The notes: generated by a model from the letters alone, not told the origin. 64,000 nt of DNA from an uncultured Bacilli bacterium (GCA_947589105.1 CANQBL010000002.1:89698-153697); one strand, 5' to 3'. Positions 1-10,952 are shown, numbered from the stretch's first letter. Program-made: numbers and translations.

Positions 1-1664
1 TTTTAATTACTGGTACTTTTTTATTAGTATTTAAAAATCAAAAGAAAAAAAGAATGATTAGTATTATAAACGAACTTGAAAAAGAAAAAAATTTACTTAT
101 AAACGTACCGGTACTAAACGAGTTTAGTAAGGTGGAGGCTTTAGTAAAAAATAATAAATTAGAAGAAAAGTATAATACTTGGAAACTTAAGTTTGAAGTA
201 ATTGAGGAAGAAACAATTCCTGAAGTTAATGACATGTTAATTGAAGCTGATTTTATGGTTGAAAAATCAAAAGCAATAGATGTTTATAAAAAAATATCAG
301 AAATACAAGTTAAATTATATGAAGTAAAAGTTAAGATAAAAACAATAATGGCAGAGATAAAAGAAATCACTTCAAGTGAGGAAAAAAATAGAAATACAAT
401 TATAAAATTAAAAAGTACGTATAGAAAATTAAAGAAAAGATTTGAGGATACTAAAGCGGATTATGAGGAAACTGCTAACACTATAGAATTACAATTTGAA
501 AATATAGAAAGACGTTTTGAAGAATTCGAAGAAGTAATGGAAAAAAAGGATTATGAAGAAATTATATACGTAGTTAAAGGTCTTACCGAAATGATTGATC
601 ATATGACTATTGTTATTAATGAGATTCCAGAAATTATGCTTATGGGTAAAAGTCTTATTCCTAAAAGAACCGAAGATGCTTCTAGTGAATATATAAAACT
701 AACTAGAGAAAATTATCAATTAGATTATTTAAACGTTGAATATAATATAATTGAAACAGAAAAAAAAGTTAATGCTATTTTTGATAGGGTTAGGGTTTTA
801 AATTTGGAAGATGTTACTTTTGAACTTAAAACAATACTAGAATATTTTGATTCCTTATTTAATGATTTTGAAACAGAAAAATTAGCTAGAAGATACTATG
901 AAGATGGATTAAAAGACTTTAAAAAGAAAAATGATCACGTTGATAATATATTATCAACCATCTCTTTGAAAATTCCAGATATGAAAATAAAGTATAGTAT
1001 AACCGATGACACTCTTGATTCAATAAAATTATTTTCTGATGAGTTTAATAATATCAATAAAGATTATGAAAAACTTATGACTTTAGATAAAAATCATTCT
1101 TTTCCATATTCTAAATTGAATCAAGAATTAGAAATAATATCTTTAAAATTGTCTAAATTACACGAAAAACTAAGTAATCTTTTACAAAAAGTAGGAAATT
1201 TAAAAGATGATGAAGAAAGGGCAAGAGGACAGCTAGAAGATATAAAGTTATTATTGAAACAATCTAAATATCAAATTAGAAAAAACAGGTTACCTATCAT
1301 TCCAGATAACTATTATGTTGAACTAAGAGAAGCTGCTGATGCAATTAAAGAAATTCAAAAAGAATTATCTAAAAAACCACTTGATGTTGATACGTTAAAT
1401 GTAAGGGTTGATACTGCAAGAGACTTAGTATTTAAGCTACATAATACAACTAGTGAAATGATTCGTTTGGCTCTTTTATCAGAATATGCGATTGTATATG
1501 GAAATAGATATCGTTCTTCAAAACCTGTTATTAATGAAGGGCTTATTAAAGCTGAAAAATTATTTTTTAAAGGAGATTATAAAAAATCCTTAGATTTAAG
1601 TATTAGTACCATTGATTTGATTGAACCTGGAATTCATAAAAAAATATTAGATTATGGCAAGTAG
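1..1664 (+). CDS. ezrA: Septation ring formation regulator EzrA (5' partial; the frame is open to base 3 and upstream codons encode the end of a TM helix, so the true start lies before the window)
   Basis: The coiled-coil-rich product shows EzrA-specific blocks: EITSSEEKNRNTIIKLKSTYRKLKK, LPIIPDNYYVEL and IVYGNRYRS, matching B. subtilis EzrA DLVTSEEKSREEIE / IPGIPSHIQE / IQFGNRFRS. In-frame upstream codons read LITGTFLLVFKNQKKKR, a TM end followed by basic residues. Confidence 0.85.
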   Translation, partial: LITGTFLLVFKNQKKKRMISIINELEKEKNLLINVPVLNEFSKVEALVKNNKLEEKYNTWKLKFEVIEEETIPEVNDMLIEADFMVEKSKAIDVYKKISEIQVKLYEVKVKIKTIMAEIKEITSSEEKNRNTIIKLKSTYRKLKKRFEDTKADYEETANTIELQFENIERRFEEFEEVMEKKDYEEIIYVVKGLTEMIDHMTIVINEIPEIMLMGKSLIPKRTEDASSEYIKLTRENYQLDYLNVEYNIIETEKKVNAIFDRVRVLNLEDVTFELKTILEYFDSLFNDFETEKLARRYYEDGLKDFKKKNDHVDNILSTISLKIPDMKIKYSITDDTLDSIKLFSDEFNNINKDYEKLMTLDKNHSFPYSKLNQELEIISLKLSKLHEKLSNLLQKVGNLKDDEERARGQLEDIKLLLKQSKYQIRKNRLPIIPDNYYVELREAADAIKEIQKELSKKPLDVDTLNVRVDTARDLVFKLHNTTSEMIRLALLSEYAIVYGNRYRSSKPVINEGLIKAEKLFFKGDYKKSLDLSISTIDLIEPGIHKKILDYGK

Positions 1665-1674
1665 GATTAGTTTT

Positions 1675-2622
1675 ATGAAAGAAAAACTATTAAAAAATAC
1701 TGACAAAAATAAGGTGGGAAGGCCAAAGCTAGCAGATAATTTGGAAGTAAAAAAGTCAAAGCGTTTAATTATTTTTTGCTTACTTTTAAGTTTTATACTA
1801 AGTTTTTCCTTTATTTGTCAACTTAAAAATGTCAATCCATTACAACAAGCATATCTTCTTACTTTTGAAAAATTATTTGGAAGTATTCAAAATAAAAATG
1901 CCTTTATGGTAAAAGAAAGATACGATAAAGAAAATAATTACATTATGGAAATAAAACCATCATCTACTATTTCTTCAAATTCTAGTGAGTATAAATATGT
2001 TTTGTATAAATTATCTGGTTCTTCATGGAAGAAAGTTTTAACAAAAGAATTTTCTAATGATACTAAATCAATAAAGATTAAAATAAATTCATTACAAAAT
2101 GAAAATAAAACGTATAAAATAAGTTTATATATTTTAAATGGAAATAAGATAGATAAATCTTTTGCACCTTATAAATGGAATTTTTCTGATTCTTCTAATC
2201 AAGCAGAAAAACATGCTTATAAGGTATTTACCGTTAAGGGATATTATAGTCCAGTTAAACTTAGTGAAATAAAAGAGATAAAAATTAAAAAAGAAGTTAT
2301 CAACGTTTCAACTGATAAAATAAATTCTAGGTTATTTACATTAATGGTACCTCGATATAATTACCGAGCTTTAGTTAAATATACTGATGAAGTTGGTAAA
2401 GAAATAACTCTAAAAGAAGATAAAGAACTAACTAAAAAAACCGTTTATAAGATTCCAAATGTAAATAAGTTTACCAAGGTTAAGTTTTTGGTATGGCCTT
2501 ATAATATTAGTAAAAATGATTTAGAAAAAATAAAATTATCTAATTGGGAATTGAAAACAGATTCTAATGGAAATTTCTATGTTCAAGGTATTTATATTTT
2601 GAAACCAGAAAAAAAATCATAA
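1675..2622 (+). CDS. Hypothetical bitopic membrane protein with a basic N-terminus, one TM helix and a K/N/S-rich ectodomain
   Basis: ORF present in the six-frame track. I prefer the ATG at 1675, which follows a weak AGGA, over the ATG at 1654, which overlaps the ezrA stop and has no SD. A single hydrophobic segment LIIFCLLLSFILSFSFI is visible. No recognisable family. Confidence 0.45.
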   Translation: MKEKLLKNTDKNKVGRPKLADNLEVKKSKRLIIFCLLLSFILSFSFICQLKNVNPLQQAYLLTFEKLFGSIQNKNAFMVKERYDKENNYIMEIKPSSTISSNSSEYKYVLYKLSGSSWKKVLTKEFSNDTKSIKIKINSLQNENKTYKISLYILNGNKIDKSFAPYKWNFSDSSNQAEKHAYKVFTVKGYYSPVKLSEIKEIKIKKEVINVSTDKINSRLFTLMVPRYNYRALVKYTDEVGKEITLKEDKELTKKTVYKIPNVNKFTKVKFLVWPYNISKNDLEKIKLSNWELKTDSNGNFYVQGIYILKPEKKS

Positions 2623-2722
2623 AAAATAAACAACTTGTCTTGTTTTTTTTAATATGCTTTTATTTCAAACGGTATTGTTCTTTTTTTTTATTATATACAT
2701 ATCATTAATTAGGTGATTTTTA

Positions 2723-3571
2723 ATGTTTAAAAGTGCTACTAAGTTAGCGGGTTTATTTTTACTTTTAGTGCTTAGTTTTATTTATACCGATAGAGTTTTT
2801 GATAGTGCAAAAAAAAGCGATCCAGTCATGAAAAATATTATTAGTTATAAGAAAAATAACGATACTATGGGTGTGGAACCTATAATAAATAATAATGAGA
2901 TGGTAATTGGTTATGCTGGCCATATAGTTAATGAAGACGCTTCATATGATAAAATGAAAGATGATAAAAAGTTTAGTGAAAATAAAATAGTATTTGATAA
3001 GGTGTTACCAAAGACTACTATTTCAAAAACTTATGATTATTATATTAAACAGGGTAATCCTTCTTTAAAAAACGTTGCACTAATATTTAAAGTAAGTGAT
3101 TCAAATGGAATTGATAGTATATTAAAAGAGGTTGCTAAAACAAACGTTAATGCTAGTTTTTTTGTAGATGGTGCATGGCTTGAGAAAAACGTTGAAACAG
3201 CTTTTTCCATAGTTAATTTAAACTGTGAAATATATAATTTAGGTTATGATGGAAAGTATCAAAAAAACTTGATTTCTACGACTAATAATCTTATAGAAAG
3301 TATAGGTCTTAAAGATTCGAAATTTTGTTTAAATGATAATAAAAATGATGAGGAAAAAGAGATATGTAAATCAAAAAAAATGTATTCAATTATTCCAACG
3401 TTAAATGATCCTAGTATAAGTGAACTTAAAAATGGATTAGTAAAAGGAGCAATAATTTCGTATGATACTCGAATTTTTAATTCTAATACCATAAGTTTAA
3501 TAGTAAGAACGATAACTAGTAAAGGTTATAATATAACTAGTTTATCTAATGTTGTAAACGAGGGAGTTTAA
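2723..3571 (+). CDS. NodB/polysaccharide-deacetylase-like protein (divergent; catalytic His/Asp motifs not evident)
   Basis: N-terminal signal/TM segment. The block NASFFVDGAWLEKNVETAFSIVNLNCEIYNLGYDGKY resembles the NodB-homology TFFvvG...GHEIgnH region but lacks the histidines. AGGTGA lies 7 nt upstream of the ATG. Confidence 0.35.
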   Translation: MFKSATKLAGLFLLLVLSFIYTDRVFDSAKKSDPVMKNIISYKKNNDTMGVEPIINNNEMVIGYAGHIVNEDASYDKMKDDKKFSENKIVFDKVLPKTTISKTYDYYIKQGNPSLKNVALIFKVSDSNGIDSILKEVAKTNVNASFFVDGAWLEKNVETAFSIVNLNCEIYNLGYDGKYQKNLISTTNNLIESIGLKDSKFCLNDNKNDEEKEICKSKKMYSIIPTLNDPSISELKNGLVKGAIISYDTRIFNSNTISLIVRTITSKGYNITSLSNVVNEGV

Positions 3572-3594
3572 ATTATATATTATTAATACAAAAG

Positions 3595-3627
3595 GGAAAA
3601 ACAATTAAATTTTGTTTTTCCTCTTTT
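3595..3627 (+). terminator. Rho-independent terminator (GGAAAAACAA - ttaaatt - TTGTTTTTCC followed by a U-run)
   Basis: Perfect 10-bp stem, 7-nt loop and T-rich tail directly after the 2723-3571 CDS. Confidence 0.7.
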
Positions 3628-3678
3628 ATATTAAACTTTTAAATGTTATAATAAAAATTACTGAAGTAAGGTGATATT

Positions 3679-6600
3679 ATGCATGATAAACTAAAACTAT
3701 TTTTAGAAAAAATTAATTTGCCGTTAGAATATTATGAATGTTTTAATAAAGGAAAAATAATAAAATTAAAACTTGATTCATCTAGAAAAAATGGTGTTTT
3801 TGTTATCGAGGTAGATAACGTTTTAAATGATGATGTAATTAATTACGTTAATAATAATATATCATCTGGTTTTCCAGATATGAATTCAATTAAGGCTGAG
3901 TTTGTTATTAAAAACATTAATTATGATGATGTTATTAGTTTTTATAAAAAAGCAATTGATAATAGCTCTCTTACAAAACCAATGAAAGAACTTTTTAAAG
4001 AAAAAAACATTAGAATTGAACAAAATACTTTAATAGTAGATGTTGATAATGTTGCAGAAGAAACAATTTTTAAAAACCATGAAGAAAGTATATTAAGTTT
4101 TTATAATAAATTAGGTTTTTCAAAACTTAAAATAAACATTAACATAAATGAAGAAAATGCCAAAAAAATAAAAGAAGAGTTAGAAAAAAGTAAAGAAGAA
4201 CAAATAATTGTTGCAAAAAAGCAAGAAAGTTCAGTATTACTTGGGGAAGATATTAAAACAAATATTACTCAAATAAAAGACATAATTACTGAAGAAGCTA
4301 ACGTTACGGTTGAAGCATACGTTTTTGGAGTAGAGGAGTTTGAATCAAATAAAAGTGCTTTTAAGATACTAACCTTTAAAATAAGTGATAATACAGATAG
4401 TATTTATGCTAAATATTTTACGAAGGACGCAGATTCTTTTAAAAAGTTATCAAAGAATATGAAAAGTGGTTGGTTTAGAATTAATGGTTATATAAAACAA
4501 GATGTATATGCAAAGGATCTTGTTTTAAATATAAGAAACGTTGTTAAAATTGATTCAAAAGACGTTGTAATAAAAGATGAAGCAGAGGAAAAAAGGGTAG
4601 AGTTACACGCTCATACAATGATGAGTCAAATGGATGGTTTAACTAAGTTAGATTTAGGTAAACATACGTGTGAACTTGTTACTAATGCTATTGAAATGGG
4701 ATACCGTGGAGTTGCTATAACTGATCATAATGGTTGTCAAGCTTTTCCTATTGCATACGGGATTATAAAATCTCATAATAAAGGAATTGAAGATAAAAAT
4801 AAACATTTTAAAGGGTTATATGGTACTGAACTTACGCTTGTTGATGATACGGTAAATATCGTAGTAAGACCAACAAGTGATAGTTTAAAAGATTCAACAT
4901 ATGTTGTGTTTGATACTGAAACAACTGGTTTTAATGCTGGTGGTAATGATCAGATGATAGAAATAGGTGCTGTTAAGTTAAAAAATGGAGAAATAATAGA
5001 TAGTTTTGATGAACTTATTGACCCTAAAAGACACATTCCTGATAAGATAACCGAATTAACGTGTATAACAGATGAAATGGTAAAGGGTTGTGATGATGAA
5101 AAGACGGTTACTAGTAGATTTTTGAAATGGGTTGGAAAAAACCCAATGGTAGCGCATAATGCAAAATTTGATATTTCTTTTCTTATGATGGCAATGAAAA
5201 AATATGATTTAGGGGAGTTTAATAATACTGTAATTGATACCTTAGAATTATCAAGGATATTAGATCAGGGTTATGCCAGACATAGTTTATCTGCACTTGT
5301 TAAAAGATATAACATTCCTTGGGAAGAAGATTCCCATCATCGTGCAGATTATGATGCTAAAGCAACGGCACTTATATTTCATAAAATGTTACAAAAACTT
5401 ATTTCTCAAAATTACGAATTAATTTCTGATCTTGATAAATTAGTACCAAAAGACGAAATTTATAAATTTGGTAGAACTTATCACTTTAATGCTATAGCAG
5501 TTAATAAGACGGGACTTAAAAATATCTTTAAGATGATATCTCTTGCTAACACGGTTTATTTATATAAAACTCCTAGAATATTAAGAAGTGAAGTTGAACG
5601 TTTAAGAAATGGAGTATTAATCGGTAGTGGTTGTTATGAATCAGAAGTATTTAATCAAGCTAAAAGTAAAGAGGGCGAAGAACTTTCTAACATTATTAAC
5701 TTTTATGATTATGTAGAAGTGCAACCTCCAGATGTGTATAATCATCTAATTCAATTAGGCGACTTTAAAAATGAGAATGAGTTAAAGGAACATATTGCAA
5801 AAATTGTAAACGCAACTAAAGAAGCAGGAAAGATTATTGTTGCAACCGGTGATGTGCACCATTTTAGAAAAGAGGATCGTGTTTTCCGAGAAATAATTGT
5901 AAATCAAAAAGTACCTGGTGGGGGAAGACACCCATTAGCAAAAAAGGATATAAAACAAATTCCTAGTCAACATTTTAGGACAACCAAAGAAATGCTTGAA
6001 GATTTTGCTTTTTTAGGAAAAGACACTTCTCATGAAATAGTTATAGAAAATACAAATAAAATTCTTGATATGGTTGATGAAATAGAAGTTATTATTGATA
6101 CTCATGGAATACCATTTTCTCCAAGAGTAAAATCTGATGATGGAAAAACATACCTTGATTGTCCACGTGTTGTAACAGATTTAGTTTACGATAAGGCGGC
6201 AAGTTGGTATGGTTCACCACTTCCTTATAATATAGAAGAACGTATAGCAATGGAACTTTATGGAAATATTGTGTATAAAGTTTGCGAGGAAAATATAAAA
6301 AATGAAAATCCTAAAATAAGTGAATCTGATCTTATTAGTAAAACTTTTGCATTTTTACATGATGTTATTTTAAAAGGTTTTGATTCAGTAAAAGAATTAC
6401 TTAAGAATTATTTTATGAAAAATTGGAACGAAGAAAACGATGGAAAATTAGATGATAAGTCATTGGATAAAAAGATAAACAAAGAATTAGGTGGTATTAT
6501 TGGAGGGGGATTTGATCCGATATATTTGATTGCTCAAAGACTTGTTAAGCATTCTAATGATGATGGTTATTTAGTTGGTTCTCGTGGATCAGTAGGCTCT

Positions 6601-8277
6601 TCTTTTGTTGCAACAATGATGGGGATAACTGAGGTTAATCCGCTTCCAGCTCATTATAGATGTTTAAAATGTAAGCATAGTATATTTGAATTTGAGGATG
6701 GAAAAGCGCTAGGTTCTGTTTATTCAACGGGAATTGATTTACCTGATAAAAAATGTCCTAAATGCGGAGAATTATTATATAAAGATGGTCAGGATATGCC
6801 TTTTGCAACGTTTTTAGGTTTTAACGCTGATAAAGTTCCTGATATAGATCTTAATTTTAGTGAATTAAACCAAGCTTCTGCTCATGCTTATACAAAAGTT
6901 TTATTCGGAGCTGATAATGTTTATAGAGCAGGTACAATTGGTACGGTAGCGGATAAAACTGCTATTGGATTTGTTAAAGGATATTTAGAAGAAAAAGGAA
7001 TAAGTAAAAGATATGCTGAAGTTGAAAGACTTGCAATGGGGTGTACTGGAGTTAAAAGAACAACTGGTCAGCATCCCGGAGGTATTGTTGTAATACCTGA
7101 TTACATGCAAGTGTTTGATTTTACTCCTTTCCAATTTCCAGCAGAAGATGCAACTAGTGCATGGAGAACAACGCACTTTGATTATCATGCAATTGATGAA
7201 TGCGTTTTAAAATTGGATATTTTAGGTCACTCCGATCCTACTCAACTTAGAATGTTACATGACTTAACTGGAACTGATATAACTAAAGTTCCGCTTGATG
7301 ATAAACAGACAATGAGTATTTTTACATCAACTAAAGCTCTTGGTGTTACTAATGAACAGATAATGTGTAAAACAGGTACCCTTGGTATCCCTGAGTTTGG
7401 AACCAATTTTACAATTAGTATGGTAGCTGAAACAAAACCTACTACTTTTGCTGAATTAATTAAGATTTCTGGATTATCTCATGGTACTGATGTTTGGTTA
7501 GGAAACGCACAGGATCTAATTAAAAATCAAATTGTACCATTTAAGGATGTAATAGGCTGCCGTGATGATATAATGGTTTATTTAATGTATAAAGGTGTTG
7601 AACCTATAAAAGCATTTAAAATAATGGAATTTGTTCGAAAAGGAAGAGCATCAAAAGATCCAGAAACTTGGAGTGAACATAAAAAAACTATGATAGAAAA
7701 TAACATCCCTGATTGGTTTATTGATTCTTGTGGTAAAATTAAGTACATGTTCCCTAAGGCTCATGCTGCCGCTTATGTTATTTCGGCATTTAGAATTGCT
7801 TGGTATAAAGTTCATATGCCAGTATACTTTTATGCATCTTGGTTTACTTCTAAAGCAACTGATGTTGATATTGAAGTTATGATAAGAGGTTATGATGCTA
7901 TTAAAACAAAAATTATAGAAATTCAAAATAAAGGTTTTGATGCAACAAATAAGGAATTAGGGCAATTAGAAAGTTTAAAAGTTGCTTTAGAGGCAACCGC
8001 TAGAGGAATTAAGTTTTTACCGGTAGATTTATATAAAAGCAATGCTACTTCCTGGGGAGTTAAGGACCAGAATTCAATTTATCCACCTTTTTCTTCAATA
8101 GAGGGTCTTGGAGATATAGTTGCTCTTAAAATTGAGCAGGAAAGAAAAAAAGGAGATTTTATAAGTATTGAAGATTTACAGATAAGAGGAAAAATTTCTC
8201 AAACTTTAATTGATAAAATGAAAATTATGGGAATTTTAGATAATATGCCTGAATCTAGTCAATTATCTTTATTTTAA
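3679..8277 (+). CDS. polC: DNA polymerase III alpha subunit, Gram-positive PolC type, with intrinsic 3'-5' exonuclease
   Basis: 1532 aa. DEDDh exonuclease motifs VVFDTETTGF, HNAKFDISFL and HRADYDAKA. Zn-finger CLKCKHS...CPKCG. PHP and polymerase core blocks GSRGSVGSSFVA and PDIDLNF. SD AAGGTGA lies before the ATG. Confidence 0.95.
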   Translation: MHDKLKLFLEKINLPLEYYECFNKGKIIKLKLDSSRKNGVFVIEVDNVLNDDVINYVNNNISSGFPDMNSIKAEFVIKNINYDDVISFYKKAIDNSSLTKPMKELFKEKNIRIEQNTLIVDVDNVAEETIFKNHEESILSFYNKLGFSKLKINININEENAKKIKEELEKSKEEQIIVAKKQESSVLLGEDIKTNITQIKDIITEEANVTVEAYVFGVEEFESNKSAFKILTFKISDNTDSIYAKYFTKDADSFKKLSKNMKSGWFRINGYIKQDVYAKDLVLNIRNVVKIDSKDVVIKDEAEEKRVELHAHTMMSQMDGLTKLDLGKHTCELVTNAIEMGYRGVAITDHNGCQAFPIAYGIIKSHNKGIEDKNKHFKGLYGTELTLVDDTVNIVVRPTSDSLKDSTYVVFDTETTGFNAGGNDQMIEIGAVKLKNGEIIDSFDELIDPKRHIPDKITELTCITDEMVKGCDDEKTVTSRFLKWVGKNPMVAHNAKFDISFLMMAMKKYDLGEFNNTVIDTLELSRILDQGYARHSLSALVKRYNIPWEEDSHHRADYDAKATALIFHKMLQKLISQNYELISDLDKLVPKDEIYKFGRTYHFNAIAVNKTGLKNIFKMISLANTVYLYKTPRILRSEVERLRNGVLIGSGCYESEVFNQAKSKEGEELSNIINFYDYVEVQPPDVYNHLIQLGDFKNENELKEHIAKIVNATKEAGKIIVATGDVHHFRKEDRVFREIIVNQKVPGGGRHPLAKKDIKQIPSQHFRTTKEMLEDFAFLGKDTSHEIVIENTNKILDMVDEIEVIIDTHGIPFSPRVKSDDGKTYLDCPRVVTDLVYDKAASWYGSPLPYNIEERIAMELYGNIVYKVCEENIKNENPKISESDLISKTFAFLHDVILKGFDSVKELLKNYFMKNWNEENDGKLDDKSLDKKINKELGGIIGGGFDPIYLIAQRLVKHSNDDGYLVGSRGSVGSSFVATMMGITEVNPLPAHYRCLKCKHSIFEFEDGKALGSVYSTGIDLPDKKCPKCGELLYKDGQDMPFATFLGFNADKVPDIDLNFSELNQASAHAYTKVLFGADNVYRAGTIGTVADKTAIGFVKGYLEEKGISKRYAEVERLAMGCTGVKRTTGQHPGGIVVIPDYMQVFDFTPFQFPAEDATSAWRTTHFDYHAIDECVLKLDILGHSDPTQLRMLHDLTGTDITKVPLDDKQTMSIFTSTKALGVTNEQIMCKTGTLGIPEFGTNFTISMVAETKPTTFAELIKISGLSHGTDVWLGNAQDLIKNQIVPFKDVIGCRDDIMVYLMYKGVEPIKAFKIMEFVRKGRASKDPETWSEHKKTMIENNIPDWFIDSCGKIKYMFPKAHAAAYVISAFRIAWYKVHMPVYFYASWFTSKATDVDIEVMIRGYDAIKTKIIEIQNKGFDATNKELGQLESLKVALEATARGIKFLPVDLYKSNATSWGVKDQNSIYPPFSSIEGLGDIVALKIEQERKKGDFISIEDLQIRGKISQTLIDKMKIMGILDNMPESSQLSLF

Positions 8278-8340
8278 TTGACAAAGAAATTAAATTTTGA
8301 TATTATAACTCCCCGTAAACAAAAAAGGGGGAGTTTTATT

Positions 8341-9384
8341 ATGGATAAAACCGGAATGACATACGCACAATACTGTGATATATTAGAAAATGAAGTTAAT
8401 AAATTAGAACAAAAAAAACAAGATATGAATTCTAAAAATAAGGTGTTTTCTAAATGTTGTAAAATAAAAAATGAAAGAGTTTTTCTAGGATTTCAAAAAA
8501 TGGAGGAGTTATTAAAAAACGAAAATGAAAAAGATACATTAATAGAAATTTTAAAGTATATTTTTGGTCCTGCTTTTTTTGAAGATATGACTAAAGAGCA
8601 AAAAGAATTATATGAAAAAAATGGTTTTTTTACAAAATATAATCTAGATATAATTTTTGGTCCAATATACGGAAATCATTATGGTCATGAATTTAAAAAA
8701 CCTACTTCTTGGGATGAAATGTTTATATTATTAAATAACGTATTTGATGTATTAGATAATAATTTAATAAATAACTCCGTAAAAGAGCCATACCAAAGAT
8801 TAATATTTTCTTTTAATACATTGATTGAAAATTATTATGCTAATAATATATCCAAAACTAACGAAATAGAATTTACTTTAAATATTTATAAAGAGTTTTT
8901 AAAAGCATTTAAAGAAAAAAGGATGATAAACATTGACGAAAAAATATATCCTTTAATAAAAAATACTTTAAATAAGGATAATCGTAAGTTTATAGTCCTA
9001 GAAGATGAAGAAGAAAAAAAAGCGGGTTTTGGAGATGTATTTATTATGTTTTGTGAATCATATAATAACGAGTACAAAAAAGCTTTAGAATCTTTTTTTG
9101 AAAATAAAAAACAATTAAAGATAAATTCACAGATAGATAAATATTATAATCGAATTAAAAATATTCCTTTTGATAAATTGGAAAATAAAAATTTTCCAAA
9201 ATATACTAATGAAAATTTTGTACAAATCATAAAAGGAGTTATTGATTGTTTTAATGAAGATTTAAGTTCTAGTGACGAAATGCTTAAATATTATACTGTA
9301 TCTTTAATGCATTATGCTTCATATTTTAAAACAAAATATTATGACTCAAAAAATGTATATGGTAAAAAAAGCAAAAGCAAATAA
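8341..9384 (+). CDS. Hypothetical protein (K/N/E-rich, no TM), immediately downstream of polC
   Basis: The six-frame ORF 8278-9384 starts with TTG. A strong SD GGGGGAG at 8324-8334 precedes the ATG at 8341, so I take 8341 as the start. No recognisable motifs. Ends in KSKSK. Confidence 0.5.
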   Translation: MDKTGMTYAQYCDILENEVNKLEQKKQDMNSKNKVFSKCCKIKNERVFLGFQKMEELLKNENEKDTLIEILKYIFGPAFFEDMTKEQKELYEKNGFFTKYNLDIIFGPIYGNHYGHEFKKPTSWDEMFILLNNVFDVLDNNLINNSVKEPYQRLIFSFNTLIENYYANNISKTNEIEFTLNIYKEFLKAFKEKRMINIDEKIYPLIKNTLNKDNRKFIVLEDEEEKKAGFGDVFIMFCESYNNEYKKALESFFENKKQLKINSQIDKYYNRIKNIPFDKLENKNFPKYTNENFVQIIKGVIDCFNEDLSSSDEMLKYYTVSLMHYASYFKTKYYDSKNVYGKKSKSK

Positions 9385-9470
9385 GATAATTTAAGAAATA
9401 AAAATTGTAAAGAAAAAAATTTTTACTTGTTATTTTAGCCTTTGTATAAGTAAATAATTTAAAACCAAAA

Positions 9471-9506
9471 AAATAAGGTAAAATATTTTTATCTTATTTT
9501 TTTTGA
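9471..9506 (+). terminator. Rho-independent terminator (AAAATAAG / CTTATTTT stem, 15-nt loop, U-run)
   Basis: Inverted repeat followed by TTTTTGATTTTT, lying between the hypothetical gene and the YgjP-like gene. Confidence 0.45.
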
Positions 9507-9594
9507 TTTTTAAAGTAATAAATCTTATTAAATATAATATAATAACGTTTTACTTTATTTTGATGTTTTGATAAAATAATAACAAGGTGGTAAC

Positions 9595-10230
9595 ATGTAT
9601 TTTGAATGTGAAGGAATTAATTACCCAATTTTAATAAACAAGAAGAATAATAAAAATTTATATATAAGAGTAGATGAAAAGTGTAATATAAAAATTACTT
9701 GTCCATATTTTTATACTAATAAAATGATAAATAAAGTTTTAAAAGATAATATAAAAAGTATTAATAAAATGATAGAAAAACAGAAATTAAAAAATCAAAA
9801 AAGTAAAAAGGAAGATTATTGTTATTTAGGTAAAAAGTTAAACATTATTTATAAACCAGTTAAAAAGCCTTTATATGATGGTTATAAGCTTATTTTAAAT
9901 GATGATTTAATGTTATTAAAATGGTATAAACAAGAAGCTAAGAAAGTGTTTAAAATATATTTAGATGAAGCTTATTATGTTTTTGATGAGAAAATACCAT
10001 ACCCTAATTTGAAGATAAGACAAATGAAATCAAGATGGGGAGTTTGTAATAGAAAGACTAATTCTATTACCCTTAACTTAGAATTAATTAAAAAGGATAA
10101 AGAATTTCTAAACTATGTAATTGTACACGAACTATCACATTTTGTTCATTTTGATCATAGTAAAGAATTTTGGAAAACGGTTGAAAAATATTGTCCGGAA
10201 TATAAAAGAGTAAGAAAGGAACTAAAATAA
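9595..10230 (+). CDS. YgjP-like M48/DUF45 family metal-dependent hydrolase
   Basis: HExxH zinc motif in VIVHELSHFVHFDHSKEFW near the C-terminus, typical of the DUF45/YgjP (WLM/SprT-like) family. SD GGTGG precedes the ATG. Confidence 0.7.
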   Translation: MYFECEGINYPILINKKNNKNLYIRVDEKCNIKITCPYFYTNKMINKVLKDNIKSINKMIEKQKLKNQKSKKEDYCYLGKKLNIIYKPVKKPLYDGYKLILNDDLMLLKWYKQEAKKVFKIYLDEAYYVFDEKIPYPNLKIRQMKSRWGVCNRKTNSITLNLELIKKDKEFLNYVIVHELSHFVHFDHSKEFWKTVEKYCPEYKRVRKELK

Positions 10231-10952
10231 TGGTTATATCATCTGTTAATAACGAAAAAATAAAATATATAAAAAAATTAAAAAATACTAAGATTATTGA
10301 TCAAGAAGGACTTTTTATAGTAGAAGGAAAGCATCTGGTTTTAGAAGCTTATGAAGCTGGATTATTAACTTTAACATTATCTTTAGATGACGTTAATTAC
10401 GGAGTAGAAAACATAATGGTAACTGAAAATGTATTAAAAAGTATAACTAGTCTTACTAACGTGGCAAACGTTATTGGCATATGTAAAGTTATTAAAGAAA
10501 AAGAAGAACTAGGAAATAAAATACTTATTTTAGATGGAATTCAAGATCCAGGAAATTTAGGTACTATAATTAGAAGTTCAAAAGCTTTTGGATTTACTAG
10601 TATTGTTTTAAGTCCAAATTGTGTAAAAAAATATAATGATAAAGTTATAAGAGCAACCCAAGGTATGCTTTTTAAGACAAATGTAATAACACGAAACATT
10701 GTTCCTTTTTTATCATTATTAAATAAGGAAGGGTATATGGTGTACGCAACTGATGTTAAATCAGGAGTTGATGTTAAAAAAATCGATAAAACCAAAAAAA
10801 TTGCTGTAATAATGGGTAGTGAAGGTAGCGGTGTTTCCAAAGAAATTAGGAAAAAAGGATTAGAAAACATATATATTAATATAAAAAAGGACTGTGAGAG
10901 TTTAAATGTTGCGGTTGCAGCTTCAATAATAATGTATGAATTACAAGATTAA
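10230..10952 (+). CDS. TrmH/SpoU family RNA 2'-O-methyltransferase (RlmB/YacO-like)
   Basis: SpoU motifs LDGIQDPGNLGTIIRSSKAFG and VIMGSEGSGVS. Confidence 0.85.
   Translation: MVISSVNNEKIKYIKKLKNTKIIDQEGLFIVEGKHLVLEAYEAGLLTLTLSLDDVNYGVENIMVTENVLKSITSLTNVANVIGICKVIKEKEELGNKILILDGIQDPGNLGTIIRSSKAFGFTSIVLSPNCVKKYNDKVIRATQGMLFKTNVITRNIVPFLSLLNKEGYMVYATDVKSGVDVKKIDKTKKIAVIMGSEGSGVSKEIRKKGLENIYINIKKDCESLNVAVAASIIMYELQD

Noticed and set aside
38-235. Minus-strand ORFs of 60-146 aa listed in the six-frame track inside long plus-strand genes (for example 38-235, 3259-3492, 6985-7188, 7651-7926, 8886-9077, 10541-10870, 17404-17619, 18360-18704, 19778-19987, 26673-28118 set, 31264-31504, 32183-32968, 49751-50017, 50735-50986, 51449-51889, 52305-52517, 54497-54736, 56882-57118, 62495-62725)
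   Set aside because: They lie antisense to, or in an alternate frame of, genes with strong homology signals. They are low-complexity F/L/I/S-rich translations typical of the antisense of AT-rich coding DNA, with no SD sequences and no independent support.
2623-2722. Possible terminator after ORF 1675-2622 (ACAA-cttgtc-TTGT + U8)
   Set aside because: The stem is only 4 bp. The U-run alone is not convincing, so it is not listed as a feature.
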